A stretch of 64,000 bases of DNA from Bacillota bacterium (GCA_012838035.1 DUQB01000028.1:52-64051), one strand, 5' to 3'. Numbered from the stretch's first letter, positions 19,352 through 29,900 are shown. Numbers and translations are program-made. Notes: a model not told the origin generated them from the sequence alone.

Positions 19352-20194
19352 CTATTCAACCGACTCGGCCACCACTTGATCAAAACGTTCCCATAGGCGC
19401 ATAGTGACCGGGCCCGGCCGGCCGGATCCCACTTTTTGCCCGTCGATTACGGTGACCGGCAGCACTTCGACCCCCGTACTGGTGAGAAAAGCCTCATCGG
19501 ATTGACTTAGCGCATCCCGCGTTATGTACTCCTCGCGTACCGGAATACCCATTTCCTCGGCAAGCTCGATGACGAAATCGCGCGTAATGCCGCGTAGAAT
19601 AAAATCATCTGCCGGGTGAGTAATCAGCGTTCCATCCTTCACCATGAAAAAGTTGCTGCTGGTGCCCTCCGTTATGACGTCGTCGCGCACAAAAACAGCA
19701 TCATCCGCACCGGCATCTTCGGCTTCCTGTTTAGCTATTACATTGAGCAGCAAGCCTACCGTCTTGATTGAGCACTTATGCCAACGTAAATCCGGTACGG
19801 TAATACAAGCTATACCCTTTTGTACCATGGTCGCCGCCGGGCGGTGATACGGACGAGCGATCATGAAAACGGTCGGCTCCACGCCTACGGGGAAAGAATG
19901 CAGTCGCGGCGCCGCTCCGCGCGTGATCTGAATGTATAGAGTGGCATCGTCTAGTTGACTTCTACGCATGGTTTCAAAGCCCGCCTGGGTCAGCTCCTCC
20001 ATCGCCGGTAACTTTAAACGAATCGCTTGAGCGCTGCGCCGCAAGCGATCCATATGCTCTTGCCAAAGGAACGGCTTGCCATGGTAAATGCGCACCACCT
20101 CATAAATGCCGTCGGCAAATACGAAGCCCCGATCCTCAACCGAAACGACCGCCTGCTCATAGGGGACAAACTTACCGTTGAGATATACTTCCAC
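19352..20194 (-). CDS. Class IV aminotransferase, probably a D-amino-acid aminotransferase (Dat-like)
   Basis: 280 aa with YLNGKFVPYEQAVVSVEDRGFVFADGIYE, typical of fold-type IV Dat/BCAT. It is convergent with murE. Confidence 0.75.
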   Translation of the reverse strand: MEVYLNGKFVPYEQAVVSVEDRGFVFADGIYEVVRIYHGKPFLWQEHMDRLRRSAQAIRLKLPAMEELTQAGFETMRRSQLDDATLYIQITRGAAPRLHSFPVGVEPTVFMIARPYHRPAATMVQKGIACITVPDLRWHKCSIKTVGLLLNVIAKQEAEDAGADDAVFVRDDVITEGTSSNFFMVKDGTLITHPADDFILRGITRDFVIELAEEMGIPVREEYITRDALSQSDEAFLTSTGVEVLPVTVIDGQKVGSGRPGPVTMRLWERFDQVVAESVE

Positions 20195-20226
20195 CCTATC
20201 ATCACTCCTGCCTGTGATATGCGACT

Positions 20227-21351
20227 TTATCTGACCGTAACACGCCGTCGCGCGACATTGCGACCAGCAACTTCCACCACAATCTCATACGTACCGGGAA
20301 AGAGCCGCTGCGCCGACCGCCGATAGATCATGGCCTTGTTCGCATCGACCTGAGTAACGGTGTCTTCATCCACATGTAAAGTCTGGCCCCGACTTCCCTC
20401 TATGGCTCTCCAGGTTACGCTGTAGGGAATGATGCCAGTCTCTCCAATTCCTGTTTCCCACCGCCAAAAAACGCCTAGATCCACCCAACCGTTACTCAGC
20501 GCCATCACGACTTTTCCCGCCGGCGACCACTGATTCAGACTAGGTGAATACCAATACAATCCAAAACCGACCGGCCGCAACGGAGTGAAGTAACCACCTA
20601 CCCGGTTATCCAGCCACTGAGCTGCCGGCGGCAGGATAGGGCGCAGCAAATCGGCTGTTACTATAGGCTTAAGCGAAACGAAAGCGATGGCCGCTGTCAT
20701 GACCAAGGATATGAGCGCTTTGCTACGATCGTACCGCTCGTTGCCGTAGGTTGAGGGCATCCCTACTATCGAGGCGGCTAATATGCCGCCCACTAGGCCG
20801 CCGACGTGACCCATTAAATCGATATTCGGTACCAAGAGCCCGATGATCAGGTTGATGCCGAGAATCTGCAACAATGCTCTGTCCATAGGCATATACTGCC
20901 TGGGTAGCCTGCGTATGCGGTAATGCAGGGTATAGCCTATCAGACCGAATAATGCAGCTGAAGCGCCTACGGCAGGAGCATCGGGAGTTATGATGAGACT
21001 GAACAGGAAGCCGACTGCGCCGCTGAACAGGTAGACGACAAAGAAACGATTGCCGCCTAAGATCGACTCCACGACGCGGCCGAACACAAATAGCGCATAC
21101 ATGTTAAAAAGCAAGTGACGTAGGTCGGCGTGCAGGAATGTAGCCGTAAAAAGACGCCAGTACTGCCCGTACCAAATGGCAGCCGTTTTTGCTCCCCACT
21201 CGACCGGCAAGCGTTTACTGGCAATATCGATGATAAATATGAACACCGTCACCGCGATTAGAAACCATGTTCCCGTACTGCGCTGCCGAGTCGCATCCGA
21301 CTTCCACATCTGTCCGCTACCTCCGTATTCATGCCGCTCGTCAGGTCTCAT
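20227..21351 (-). CDS. Rhomboid-family intramembrane serine protease with a C-terminal extracytoplasmic domain
   Basis: GASAALFGL (GxSG) and a downstream His in GHVGGLVGG, with 6-7 predicted TM segments, plus a 150-aa C-terminal domain. Confidence 0.8.
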   Translation of the reverse strand: MRPDERHEYGGSGQMWKSDATRQRSTGTWFLIAVTVFIFIIDIASKRLPVEWGAKTAAIWYGQYWRLFTATFLHADLRHLLFNMYALFVFGRVVESILGGNRFFVVYLFSGAVGFLFSLIITPDAPAVGASAALFGLIGYTLHYRIRRLPRQYMPMDRALLQILGINLIIGLLVPNIDLMGHVGGLVGGILAASIVGMPSTYGNERYDRSKALISLVMTAAIAFVSLKPIVTADLLRPILPPAAQWLDNRVGGYFTPLRPVGFGLYWYSPSLNQWSPAGKVVMALSNGWVDLGVFWRWETGIGETGIIPYSVTWRAIEGSRGQTLHVDEDTVTQVDANKAMIYRRSAQRLFPGTYEIVVEVAGRNVARRRVTVR

Positions 21352-21414
21352 CGATTATACAGATGAGCCCCCTGACTTGGGGGGCTCCATGTCATGATCC
21401 ATTTAATTATAGGC

Positions 21415-22863
21415 CTATCCGACTGATCCTTCCATTTCCAGCTGTATCAACCGGTTGAGCTCCACGGCATACTCCATCGGCAACTCCTTGGCAAACGGCT
21501 CGATGAATCCCATCACGATCATCATGGTCGCCTGTTCCTGAGTTAAGCCGCGACTGCAAAGGTAAAACAACTGCTCTTCGCTCACTTTAGACACTGTCGC
21601 TTCATGCTCAATAGCGACATTGTTCGTACTTGCTTCAATATAAGGGATCGTATCGGCCTTCGATGTGGTATCAAAGATCAAGGTGTCGCAATTTACGCTG
21701 GACTTGCTCCCTTCGGCGGCTTTAGCCACGTGCACCAGCCCGCGATAGGTAGTGTATCCACCACCGATGCTGATAGATTTCGACACGATCTTCGAGGTCG
21801 TTTCCGGCGCTAGATGAATCATCTTTGCCCCGGCATCCTGAGTTTGTCCTTTATTGGCTACTGCGATGGAAAGAACATCGCCCTTAGCCCCTCGCCCTCT
21901 AAGAACCACCGCAGGGTACTTCATGGTGGTGTGGCTGCCCAAGTTGCCGTCCACCCATTCCATCGTCGCGTTTTCGTAGGCGACAGCCCGCTTGGTGACT
22001 AGGTTGTATACATTCTTAGACCAGTTCTGTATGGTGCTGTAACGGCAACGCGCGCCCTCTTTTACGATAATTTCGACCACGGCGCTGTGCAACGAACTTG
22101 AGCTGTATTGCGGCGCGGTACAACCTTCAACATAGTGCACGAAGCTGCCGGGTTCGCAGATAATCAAGGTGCGCTCAAACTGGCCCATATTCTCGGTATT
22201 GATGCGGAAATAGGCCTGGAGGGGGATCTCCACATGGACTCCCGGCGGTACCCAAATGAAGCTGCCGCCGCTCCATACAGCGGAGTTCAGCGCAGCGAAC
22301 TTGTTGTCTGCAGAAGGCACCACCGTGGCGAAGTGCTTTCGAAACAGCTCAGGATGCTCACGTAACGCCGTATCGGTGTCGCAGAATATGATGCCCTTCT
22401 TGGCAAGATCCTGGCGCATACTGTGATACACCACTTCAGATTCATACTGCGCCGTCACGCCGGCCAAGTAATTGCGCTCCGCCTCAGGAATACCGATGCG
22501 ATCAAAGGTATTTTTGATCTCTTCAGGCACCTCTTCCCAAGTGCGTCCCTGCCTTTCACTAGCCTTCACATAGTAATAGATCTCCTGAAAGTCAATCTGA
22601 GAAAGGTCCGCTCCCCAATTCGGCATCGGTTTGCTGTTAAATATTTGTAGCGATTTCAGCCGGAACTCGGTCATCCAGTCCGGTTCCCCCTTTAGGGCTG
22701 AAATCTGCCTCACAATCTCTTCGTTTAAGCCCTTTTGGCTCTTAAAGGAGTAATGCTCCTCCGAATCGCGAAATCCGTATTTATAATCGTAACTGAGGTC
22801 AACCTGGCTTTTAGCCACACGGCTTCCTCCCTTTGACGTAAACTCCGACCTCACCTTGGCCAA
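21415..22863 (-). CDS. sufB: Fe-S cluster assembly scaffold SufB
   Basis: 482 aa with SufB/SufD-family conservation throughout and the SufB-specific N-terminal region. Confidence 0.85.
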   Translation of the reverse strand: MAKVRSEFTSKGGSRVAKSQVDLSYDYKYGFRDSEEHYSFKSQKGLNEEIVRQISALKGEPDWMTEFRLKSLQIFNSKPMPNWGADLSQIDFQEIYYYVKASERQGRTWEEVPEEIKNTFDRIGIPEAERNYLAGVTAQYESEVVYHSMRQDLAKKGIIFCDTDTALREHPELFRKHFATVVPSADNKFAALNSAVWSGGSFIWVPPGVHVEIPLQAYFRINTENMGQFERTLIICEPGSFVHYVEGCTAPQYSSSSLHSAVVEIIVKEGARCRYSTIQNWSKNVYNLVTKRAVAYENATMEWVDGNLGSHTTMKYPAVVLRGRGAKGDVLSIAVANKGQTQDAGAKMIHLAPETTSKIVSKSISIGGGYTTYRGLVHVAKAAEGSKSSVNCDTLIFDTTSKADTIPYIEASTNNVAIEHEATVSKVSEEQLFYLCSRGLTQEQATMMIVMGFIEPFAKELPMEYAVELNRLIQLEMEGSVG

Positions 22864-23078
22864 ACTAAGGTAGTGCGGCCGAAGACAGTTAATATAGTTT
22901 GTGCTATATTTAGCTTACACACTGGCGGCCGGCAGGTCAATGTAAGATTACCGCCACCATGTCGCCGCACCCGCACAAACCTGTTGCCACACTCATGTAA
23001 TGGGAAAGCGCCTGTCGGCGAAATCTCACCTCGACTGCAGATCCTTTCCTATGATAATGTACTGGGGCGTGAAAGTCT

Positions 23079-23699
23079 ATGGCAAGGATTCTACTCGATA
23101 TGGACGGCGTTCTTTGCGATCTGGCGGGCAAGTGGTTCGCTCTCTACAACAAAGAACATCATGACCATATTGATTTGGCGCATATGCCCGAGTGGGGCCC
23201 CCACTTATACGCCAAAAAAGGGAAAGCCATCTACCGTTATTTGTCTCGACCCGGTTTCTTTCGTGACCTGGCTCCTCTGCCCGGCGCCATTGACGGCGTA
23301 AACCGCTTGCTCGAGGCCGGATTCGACGTGGTTATCGTCACGGCTGCAAGGAATGGGCAACGCGATAAGAGGCTGTGGGTGGAAGAACATCTGCCCTTCC
23401 TCGATACCCGTAACTTGATCTTCGCTCATCGTAAAGAGCTTATCCGCGGCGATGTGCTGTTTGACGACGCACCGCACAACCTGACGGCTTTTGCGCCGTA
23501 CGGTTTGGCAGTAGCGATGGCGTACCCATATAATCAGTCTTATGAAGGTCATCGGGTTCACTCCTGGACCGAATTCCTGACGTTGATGAATCATCTTTTT
23601 GTCTGTGATGAAGCATCTACCGATACCCGACAAGATGTGCGAACCGCAAGGAGTACAAGCGAAGTCATCGCCGGTAGTATGAAAAAGCGTTCCCCATGA
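23079..23699 (+). CDS. 5-prime(3-prime)-deoxyribonucleotidase, HAD superfamily (NT5C family)
   Basis: LLDMDGVLCDL (HAD motif I, DxDGV) and NT5C-like length and architecture. Confidence 0.55.
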   Translation: MARILLDMDGVLCDLAGKWFALYNKEHHDHIDLAHMPEWGPHLYAKKGKAIYRYLSRPGFFRDLAPLPGAIDGVNRLLEAGFDVVIVTAARNGQRDKRLWVEEHLPFLDTRNLIFAHRKELIRGDVLFDDAPHNLTAFAPYGLAVAMAYPYNQSYEGHRVHSWTEFLTLMNHLFVCDEASTDTRQDVRTARSTSEVIAGSMKKRSP

Positions 23700-23845
23700 G
23701 CAGCGTTTTTAGGTGAATGAACCACAGCACCACAGTTTACGCGCTAGGTCGCTCAACCACCGCTTACCTTCAGTTACGGACGGCCGAATAGACGAGCGGC
23801 CTCGGCGCAGCACATCAGGTCATTTTTAATAAAGGAGTCTGGATT

Positions 23846-24145
23846 ATGGTCACCACAGAACAGGTTTATAATGCGCTTGAAACCGTCATGGATCCCGAAA
23901 TAGGCTTTAACGTCGTAGACCTCGGTCTCATCTATGATGTACGTATAAGTGATGCCGGCGCAGTGGAGGTTGATGCCACGCTAACCTCCATGGGCTGCCC
24001 CATGGGGCCGCAGATGATGATGGAAATGCATGATGTGATCGAAAAGCTGCCCGGCGTAACCTCCGTAGCGGTTAAGTTGGTTTGGGAACCGATGTGGACT
24101 CCGGATATGATGAAAGAGGAACTGCGTTGGTTACTAGGACGCTAG
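23846..24145 (+). CDS. sufT: DUF59/MIP18-family Fe-S cluster maturation factor (SufT-like)
   Basis: 99 aa with VYNALETVMDPEIGFNVVDLGLIY...MGCPMGP, the canonical DUF59 signature. Confidence 0.85.
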   Translation: MVTTEQVYNALETVMDPEIGFNVVDLGLIYDVRISDAGAVEVDATLTSMGCPMGPQMMMEMHDVIEKLPGVTSVAVKLVWEPMWTPDMMKEELRWLLGR

Positions 24146-24427
24146 ATGAGACTGCATCACAGTGGCCTCCGCGCAATGCCATGGTGCCGATAGGCCCATG
24201 TAAGCTGTTCCCTGGTGGTAACCTGCTTTTGCGCCAGGTGCGGCGGCGGACCATGCACTGCATACGGAATCGGAAGCAATCGGGCGCTAACGGGAGATTC
24301 TGAGAGATCGCATCTTTACATCGCAGCCTGTTTACGGGCGATTTCGTCTTCTTATCGAATTTGGCTAATCAGGCCAACCATGTCACACTAGACTTACCAG
24401 TCAGCCCGCGAGATTGGAGGCGATCGC

Positions 24428-25432
24428 TTGTTGATCCGATTCCGTCGGCGCCCAGGCATTCTCCTATTATTGCTGCTGATTTTAGGTACTACCGGTTGCA
24501 GTCTGTTGCCCAAGGCGACAAAGCAGGTTGTCGGCGAGCAATCCGGTGAACTGACCATCGTAGCTGATCTCAGCAGCATGCGCGCAAGCGAGCTGTACTC
24601 AAGTACGGCTACGTTAACCCTCAGTAAGGATGGGCGCAATAAAACCGAAGAATTGAGTATCGTCGATTCTCAGATTTCCACAAGCATCTCGGGATTACTA
24701 CCAGGCGTTTGGACAATCATGCTTAGCATTGCCGAAAGCGACGGGGTAGTGACCTATCAGGCGGAAAGCGATGTAAGCGTACTTCCCGGGGCAGCGGCAA
24801 ACGTCAACCTTATTCTCCGTCCCTTGCCGGGTACTATCGAAGTCTATGTCGATCCTACCTTCCACCCCGAGCTGATGTCGGCTCAAAGAGGCCGCTTATA
24901 CACAAATCCCGGTGGCTACGCCACCATGGTGGTGGACGACAACGGCATGCTGGTCGGAACCAAAACCGTGGCTCCCAGTACCTATGACTTCAGCATTGAA
25001 CTCTTTACCGACTCATTCTATGCGCGAGATCGAATCTACACTAGCCCTTGGACCAGCGTCGAGGTGTTTCCCGGCCGGAAAAGCACCGTCATTTGGAACC
25101 CGGAAACAGGTACATGCACTATCAGCGGTATTCTAGACGCTCAGCCCGCACCACCGACGAACTTGACTCTGGAGAAGGTGCCTCAAGGCTTGGCTATCAG
25201 CTGGGATCATGCGCCAGATCCTGAACATGACATTGTTGGTTATCATATCTGGATGCGGGAGAATCTTTTTGATGAGTTCGAATTGATCTATGAAGCTGAT
25301 GCCGTCCGGAACAGCTACATCTACCCTGCCTCCGAGTTAAAGGCGGGGACTCATGTGCAGGTGGCGTTGACGACCGTCGATGCGGCCGGACAAGCGAGCT
25401 TGCGAACCCCGGTCATCAGTGTCGACTACTGA
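24428..25432 (+). CDS. Lipoprotein with a C-terminal fibronectin-III-like domain, function unknown
   Basis: Signal peptide with lipobox LLILGTTGC. The C-terminal segment APPTNLTLEKVPQGLAISWD...GYHIWMRE is FN3-like. Confidence 0.6.
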   Translation: MLIRFRRRPGILLLLLLILGTTGCSLLPKATKQVVGEQSGELTIVADLSSMRASELYSSTATLTLSKDGRNKTEELSIVDSQISTSISGLLPGVWTIMLSIAESDGVVTYQAESDVSVLPGAAANVNLILRPLPGTIEVYVDPTFHPELMSAQRGRLYTNPGGYATMVVDDNGMLVGTKTVAPSTYDFSIELFTDSFYARDRIYTSPWTSVEVFPGRKSTVIWNPETGTCTISGILDAQPAPPTNLTLEKVPQGLAISWDHAPDPEHDIVGYHIWMRENLFDEFELIYEADAVRNSYIYPASELKAGTHVQVALTTVDAAGQASLRTPVISVDY

Positions 25433-25442
25433 TCACGTATTA

Positions 25443-25465
25443 GGGCCGATCTGCGTGATCGGCCC
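25443..25465. terminator. Perfect 9-bp hairpin (GGGCCGATC-tgcgt-GATCGGCCC) between convergent genes
   Basis: Lies between the lipoprotein gene (+) and beta-helix gene A (-). There is no strong U-tract. Confidence 0.35.
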
Positions 25466-25480
25466 TGCACTCTCAAAACG

Positions 25481-27388
25481 TTATTGCGATAGATTACGCC
25501 CTATGCTGTTCACCTGCCCTATCTGGATCTTGCCGGCGAAGCCGTCATCTACCTGCAGTTTAACATAGTGAGCGGTAGAGCCATGAGGTACTACCCCCAC
25601 GACTTGGTACTGGTACCAACCGCCCGCTGAAGGAGTGGCGCTACGTGTGTAGATAGTGACCAAGTTTTGCCAGGCGACTAGATCAGGCGAACCAGTAAGC
25701 GTAATACCCGGATTGTCCGGATCACGACTGTACACTGTGGCAATGGTCTCAGCGAGATACGGGGTCTCCCAAGTCAGCCACACCCCATCGGTCTGAGGTA
25801 CGCAGCGACTATCGTCATCAAAGAAATCCGAAACCCTGTCCGTGGCGTACTGCCAACCGGCAGACGTATCCAGGGTCACCGAACGATCGACGACTCCAAA
25901 GAAACTGCTGTTGAGCGGACCTAACAACGGGTCGTTAAGGCGCCACCAGTTGTATACGCCGAAGCGCACCGTCTGATTGGCCGTCCGCCCAGCGGTATCG
26001 GTGATCCTAATATCCAGCAAATGCTGTCCATCATTCAACTGCAACGTATCGATACTAATTTGGCCGGGCGGCGGAATGTCGAGGCCGGAGTAGATCGTGT
26101 GCTGATCCACCTTTATTTCTACTTCCAGGTCACCGATCACATCCGTGATGTCGGTATCAATCACCAGCGGCACGGTACCGGCCACGCGGATAGCTTCCGG
26201 ACTGATGACATTGAAGCGGATGGGTTTAAAACCGTCGGTGGTAGCGACAATCGGATCATTCTGACTCTGGCCGCGATGCACGAACGGACTGGGCTTATAC
26301 TGCACCGCCTGAATATCTTTGTTCAGCCCATAAGCATTCTCATAAACCGAGACGTTTCCCCCGCTGTAATTGACAAAGGCGACTCCGTTCGCCACAACGG
26401 GAGAATAAAACCAATTATGGTGAATTTGGGTGGTTTCTCGCGGTATGCCTCGCAATACGATTGCCCTGGCACTGGTCACCCGAAATGTATTGTGATGGAT
26501 GATGACATATTCGCCACCCATCACAGCCTCGGTAGCAGTACAGGGAGCAGTGCGTTTCGGACAAAAGTCGGCGCCGCCGTGCATATCAAAAGCGTGGCTG
26601 GTCGCGTTCTCCAGCACCAGATTATAACGTGCTTCATATGCTGAGCCGATGTACCCGGTTGCGGCTATGGCATGCCGATAGTAATCAAAGGTGTTGCCTT
26701 CAATGAGTGCATAGCCTTGATTAACCACCACCGGATAACCCAAGCCGGCCCGACGCACATGGTGAATGTAGTTGTGATGCACATGCACTATCCTGGCATG
26801 CTTCTCTATGGATACGCCGGCGTAACTCCAGTTGTAGATCTCATTGTTATCGATCTCCGCATCATTGCCGTACACGGCGATGGCCTTCGAATTTGGTCGC
26901 TCATAGGCCGAACCTAAGATGTCCGGATCCGGCCCGCGTAGACGGATCCCCGTAATCCGAGACTTCTCACCGAGGAGAGTGAATAACCCGTACGTATCAT
27001 ACTCATTACAGTAGATCAACGGACCTGGGCTGTCGTTAAAGCCCCTGTTGCCGGCTAAGGTCACTCCGGCTTTGATGCTGATGCCTACCTTACCGGTCAG
27101 ATCGATCTCTGCCTCCGGCACTACGTAGACGACCTCTCCGCTCCTAGCATTGGCCAGAGCGCTTAATAGTTCATCGGCAGTAGATACGATGTAATCGCCT
27201 GTCGTAAAAATCTGCCGGTAACCAGAGCCGCCCCCAATGGGACTGCCTGTGGGATTAGACTCGGCACCATATTCAGCCGGGTCGCGTTCTATGATCTCCT
27301 GTGCCGCAACCGCGCCAAATATGCAGATGCCGTTTACCAACAAGGCGAAGAGCAACAGTTTGATTGCGAAATATGGTCTTGCACGCAT
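25481..27388 (-). CDS. Secreted right-handed parallel beta-helix protein A (pectate-lyase-fold, putative polysaccharide-active enzyme)
   Basis: Signal peptide MRARPYFAIKLLLFALLVNGICIFGAVAA and beta-helix repeats (NNEIYNWSYAGVSIE, HHNYIHHVRRAGLGYPVVVN). It is a paralogue of the next gene. The ATG start at 27388 was verified; the track start is 27451. Confidence 0.7.
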   Translation of the reverse strand: MRARPYFAIKLLLFALLVNGICIFGAVAAQEIIERDPAEYGAESNPTGSPIGGGSGYRQIFTTGDYIVSTADELLSALANARSGEVVYVVPEAEIDLTGKVGISIKAGVTLAGNRGFNDSPGPLIYCNEYDTYGLFTLLGEKSRITGIRLRGPDPDILGSAYERPNSKAIAVYGNDAEIDNNEIYNWSYAGVSIEKHARIVHVHHNYIHHVRRAGLGYPVVVNQGYALIEGNTFDYYRHAIAATGYIGSAYEARYNLVLENATSHAFDMHGGADFCPKRTAPCTATEAVMGGEYVIIHHNTFRVTSARAIVLRGIPRETTQIHHNWFYSPVVANGVAFVNYSGGNVSVYENAYGLNKDIQAVQYKPSPFVHRGQSQNDPIVATTDGFKPIRFNVISPEAIRVAGTVPLVIDTDITDVIGDLEVEIKVDQHTIYSGLDIPPPGQISIDTLQLNDGQHLLDIRITDTAGRTANQTVRFGVYNWWRLNDPLLGPLNSSFFGVVDRSVTLDTSAGWQYATDRVSDFFDDDSRCVPQTDGVWLTWETPYLAETIATVYSRDPDNPGITLTGSPDLVAWQNLVTIYTRSATPSAGGWYQYQVVGVVPHGSTAHYVKLQVDDGFAGKIQIGQVNSIGRNLSQ

Positions 27389-27419
27389 CAACCTACTCCT
27401 TTTCTCTATGCTAAGCAGC

Positions 27420-29348
27420 CTATTGAACCGGCAGCACGGTTCGAACGCCAAAGCCCGTGCTCGTAAAGGCTCCTATCTGGATAGGCGCTCTTTTGTTGTC
27501 GGTCACCGTAATACGGAAGTATTGGATAGCCATATCGAGTTCCCGGTTCCCGTTCAACTCGTAATGATACCAGCCGTCACGCGGCGATTCTTCTCGGTAT
27601 AACTCGTAGGGCAGCTCCACCCAATTCACCTTGTCTGCTGATACGACCAGCTTCACATTGGATAACTGGGCATCTTGGCTAAATAACGTGACCCTATACT
27701 CGGTAATACCGGGCGTATGCCATATCAGCCAACCTGTATCGTACTCGGCATCCAGCGCTTTGCGGTCCACATCGCCGGCGAAGTTCTCCGGATAATCATC
27801 GCGATAACCCCAACCGGCAGACTCCTCAATGGTCTGACTGCGGTCAATGGAACCAAACCAACCCGACGACAGCGGTGGTAGCATGTCGTCATCCAAGGTC
27901 CACCAGTTGCGTACCCGGAAGTTCATGGTCTTAGTCATGGTTTCTCGCTGCGCATTGCGCACCGTAAGAGTAAGCGTATGGCTACCATCTTCCAGTTGAT
28001 ACGGATCTATGGTCACCGTACCGCTTGACGACCCTTGCGTATTAGTATAGATAACCTCGCCGTCCAGTCTTAACTCAACATCCTTTACATCAAATACGTC
28101 TCGCAGGTCAACGGCAACAAGAACGTCAATCGGCTCAGAAAGCAATTGGTTGTTAATCAAGCCCTGTATGCCGAACTCAACATCACCGGCAATCGCAGCC
28201 ATGGCCACGATCTCGCCTTCGCCGATTATGCTCCCTCTGCGCACCAATGGGCTCGGCTTAACATACTCCGTCACCACGTTCTTGCTCGCGCCATAGGCAT
28301 TGTTATAGACCGCCATATTGCCGCCATTATAGTAAACGACCCTAAAGGACTGTGATACAGCTGAACTATAAAACCAGTTGTTGTGCACCTTAGCATACTC
28401 TCTAGGCACGCCGCGCACCACGATGGCGGCCTGATGGGCGACAACGAAAGTGTTGTGATGGATGTGCAGCCACTCGCCGGCCATCCACAGTTCTTCTTCC
28501 GTACAAGGGGCCTGACGCTTGGGACAGTAATCTCCCCCACCGTGCATATCAAACGCATGGCTTGTAGCATTGGTTAAAACCAAGTTGTAGCGAGCTTCAT
28601 AACCCGTGCCGATGTAACCGGTACTGGCAATGGCATGACGATAATAATCGAAGGTGTTGGCTTCAATCAGCGCGTAGCCCTTGTTCACCACCACGGGATA
28701 ACCCAAGCCGGCACGGCGCACATGGTGGATGTTATTGTGGTGGATATAAACGTCTTTAGCATCTCCCTCCACGGCTACGCCGGCATAGCTCCAGTGATAG
28801 ATCTCACAGTTGTCGACTTCCGCCTTATCCCCAAACACAGTTACTGCCATGGAATTGGGTCTTACGTAAGCCCCCTCCAGTATGTCCGGATCGGGACCGC
28901 GCAGACGAATTCCTGTCAGCCGAGAACCCGGCGCCATCTCAAACAGACCGTAGGTATCGTACTCATCGCAATAAATCAGCGGTCCGGGACTATTTTGATA
29001 ACCTCGGGCACCTGCCAAAGTCACTCCGGGTTTAATCATAATCGCCTTTTTTCCTGTTAGATCAATTTCCGCCTCGGGCGCAACATAAACGACCTCACCG
29101 GGCTGAGCCGAGTTCAGTGCAGCCAACAGTTCTGCGGTATTATGGACTATGTAATCACCGGTAGTATAAATCTGGTGATACCCTGCTCCGCCGCCGATAG
29201 GGCTGCCGGTCGGATTGACTTCCGCACCATATGCCGTATCCAAGTTTACCTCTGCTCCTTGCACAATCACTGACAAAGCGAAAACGAAGCACACACCTAT
29301 CGCAACCACATGTTGAACGCTGCGATTGATCAGGTTAGAATCGCGCAT
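27420..29348 (-). CDS. Secreted right-handed parallel beta-helix protein B, tandem paralogue of A
   Basis: About 65% identity to A over the N-terminal 450 aa (for example NPTGSPIGGGAGYHQIYTTGDYIV and YNLVLTNATSHAFDMHGGGDYCPKR), with a divergent C-terminal beta-sandwich region. The start is probably ATG 29348 or 29369. Confidence 0.7.
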   Translation of the reverse strand: MRDSNLINRSVQHVVAIGVCFVFALSVIVQGAEVNLDTAYGAEVNPTGSPIGGGAGYHQIYTTGDYIVHNTAELLAALNSAQPGEVVYVAPEAEIDLTGKKAIMIKPGVTLAGARGYQNSPGPLIYCDEYDTYGLFEMAPGSRLTGIRLRGPDPDILEGAYVRPNSMAVTVFGDKAEVDNCEIYHWSYAGVAVEGDAKDVYIHHNNIHHVRRAGLGYPVVVNKGYALIEANTFDYYRHAIASTGYIGTGYEARYNLVLTNATSHAFDMHGGGDYCPKRQAPCTEEELWMAGEWLHIHHNTFVVAHQAAIVVRGVPREYAKVHNNWFYSSAVSQSFRVVYYNGGNMAVYNNAYGASKNVVTEYVKPSPLVRRGSIIGEGEIVAMAAIAGDVEFGIQGLINNQLLSEPIDVLVAVDLRDVFDVKDVELRLDGEVIYTNTQGSSSGTVTIDPYQLEDGSHTLTLTVRNAQRETMTKTMNFRVRNWWTLDDDMLPPLSSGWFGSIDRSQTIEESAGWGYRDDYPENFAGDVDRKALDAEYDTGWLIWHTPGITEYRVTLFSQDAQLSNVKLVVSADKVNWVELPYELYREESPRDGWYHYELNGNRELDMAIQYFRITVTDNKRAPIQIGAFTSTGFGVRTVLPVQ

Positions 29349-29416
29349 GCAAGCACTCCTTTGGTTCATGGAATCATTAGCCCCACTGTCATAGCGCTCT
29401 GGAAGGCCTACCGCAA

Positions 29417-29824
29417 CTATGGCCAGACGCCGTCGGTGTAGTGACGGATAGCTTCCTCCGGATAACCGCATAGCCTCCCGCGCAAAGCATGATACTGCCC
29501 CCAATCGAGCCGACCTGTTTTCAACTGCGCCAAAGCGGCCGTCGTCTCCTCATCATCAAGGCGGCATACCCATATTTCGTAACCACCGGTGGGTTTGTCC
29601 AGACGCATACAGTGTAACTGATACACATCGCATACTATGGCGGCTATCTGCTCAGCCTTCTCTGTCTGCGCCGTTACCATGCCTGCCGGTTTCACCCGCA
29701 TCATCACTTGTTCACATATCCCTGTGAGAATGCCGGCCCAGAAAATCCGTTCCGCTTCTTTGCCATCGCCAACCTCCAATGCTTGAAAAACCCGCTTATA
29801 GTATAAGGAACATTCGTTTGCCAT
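29417..29824 (-). CDS. Hypothetical 135-aa Cys-containing cytoplasmic protein
   Basis: Strong RBS (AAGGAG 8 nt upstream of ATG). No recognisable motif. Confidence 0.5.
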   Translation of the reverse strand: MANECSLYYKRVFQALEVGDGKEAERIFWAGILTGICEQVMMRVKPAGMVTAQTEKAEQIAAIVCDVYQLHCMRLDKPTGGYEIWVCRLDDEETTAALAQLKTGRLDWGQYHALRGRLCGYPEEAIRHYTDGVWP

Positions 29825-29900
29825 AGTGACAACTCCTTAGGGGAGAACTTCATGCTCATAATAGTGTGGGATTTCGAGATGTTTAATCCCGCTCCTGCAC

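Noticed and set aside
22873-23301. 142-aa plus-strand ORF spanning the sufB/NT5C divergent intergenic region
   Set aside because: It overlaps the better-supported NT5C frame, has a GTG/TTG-type start without an RBS and no similarity. It is likely a spurious GC-frame ORF.
26021-26917. Plus-strand ORFs (207 aa, 81 aa) inside beta-helix gene A, and the analogous 28635..29060 inside gene B
   Set aside because: They are antisense to a confidently coding frame. Their His/Val-rich artefactual translations mirror the beta-helix codons.
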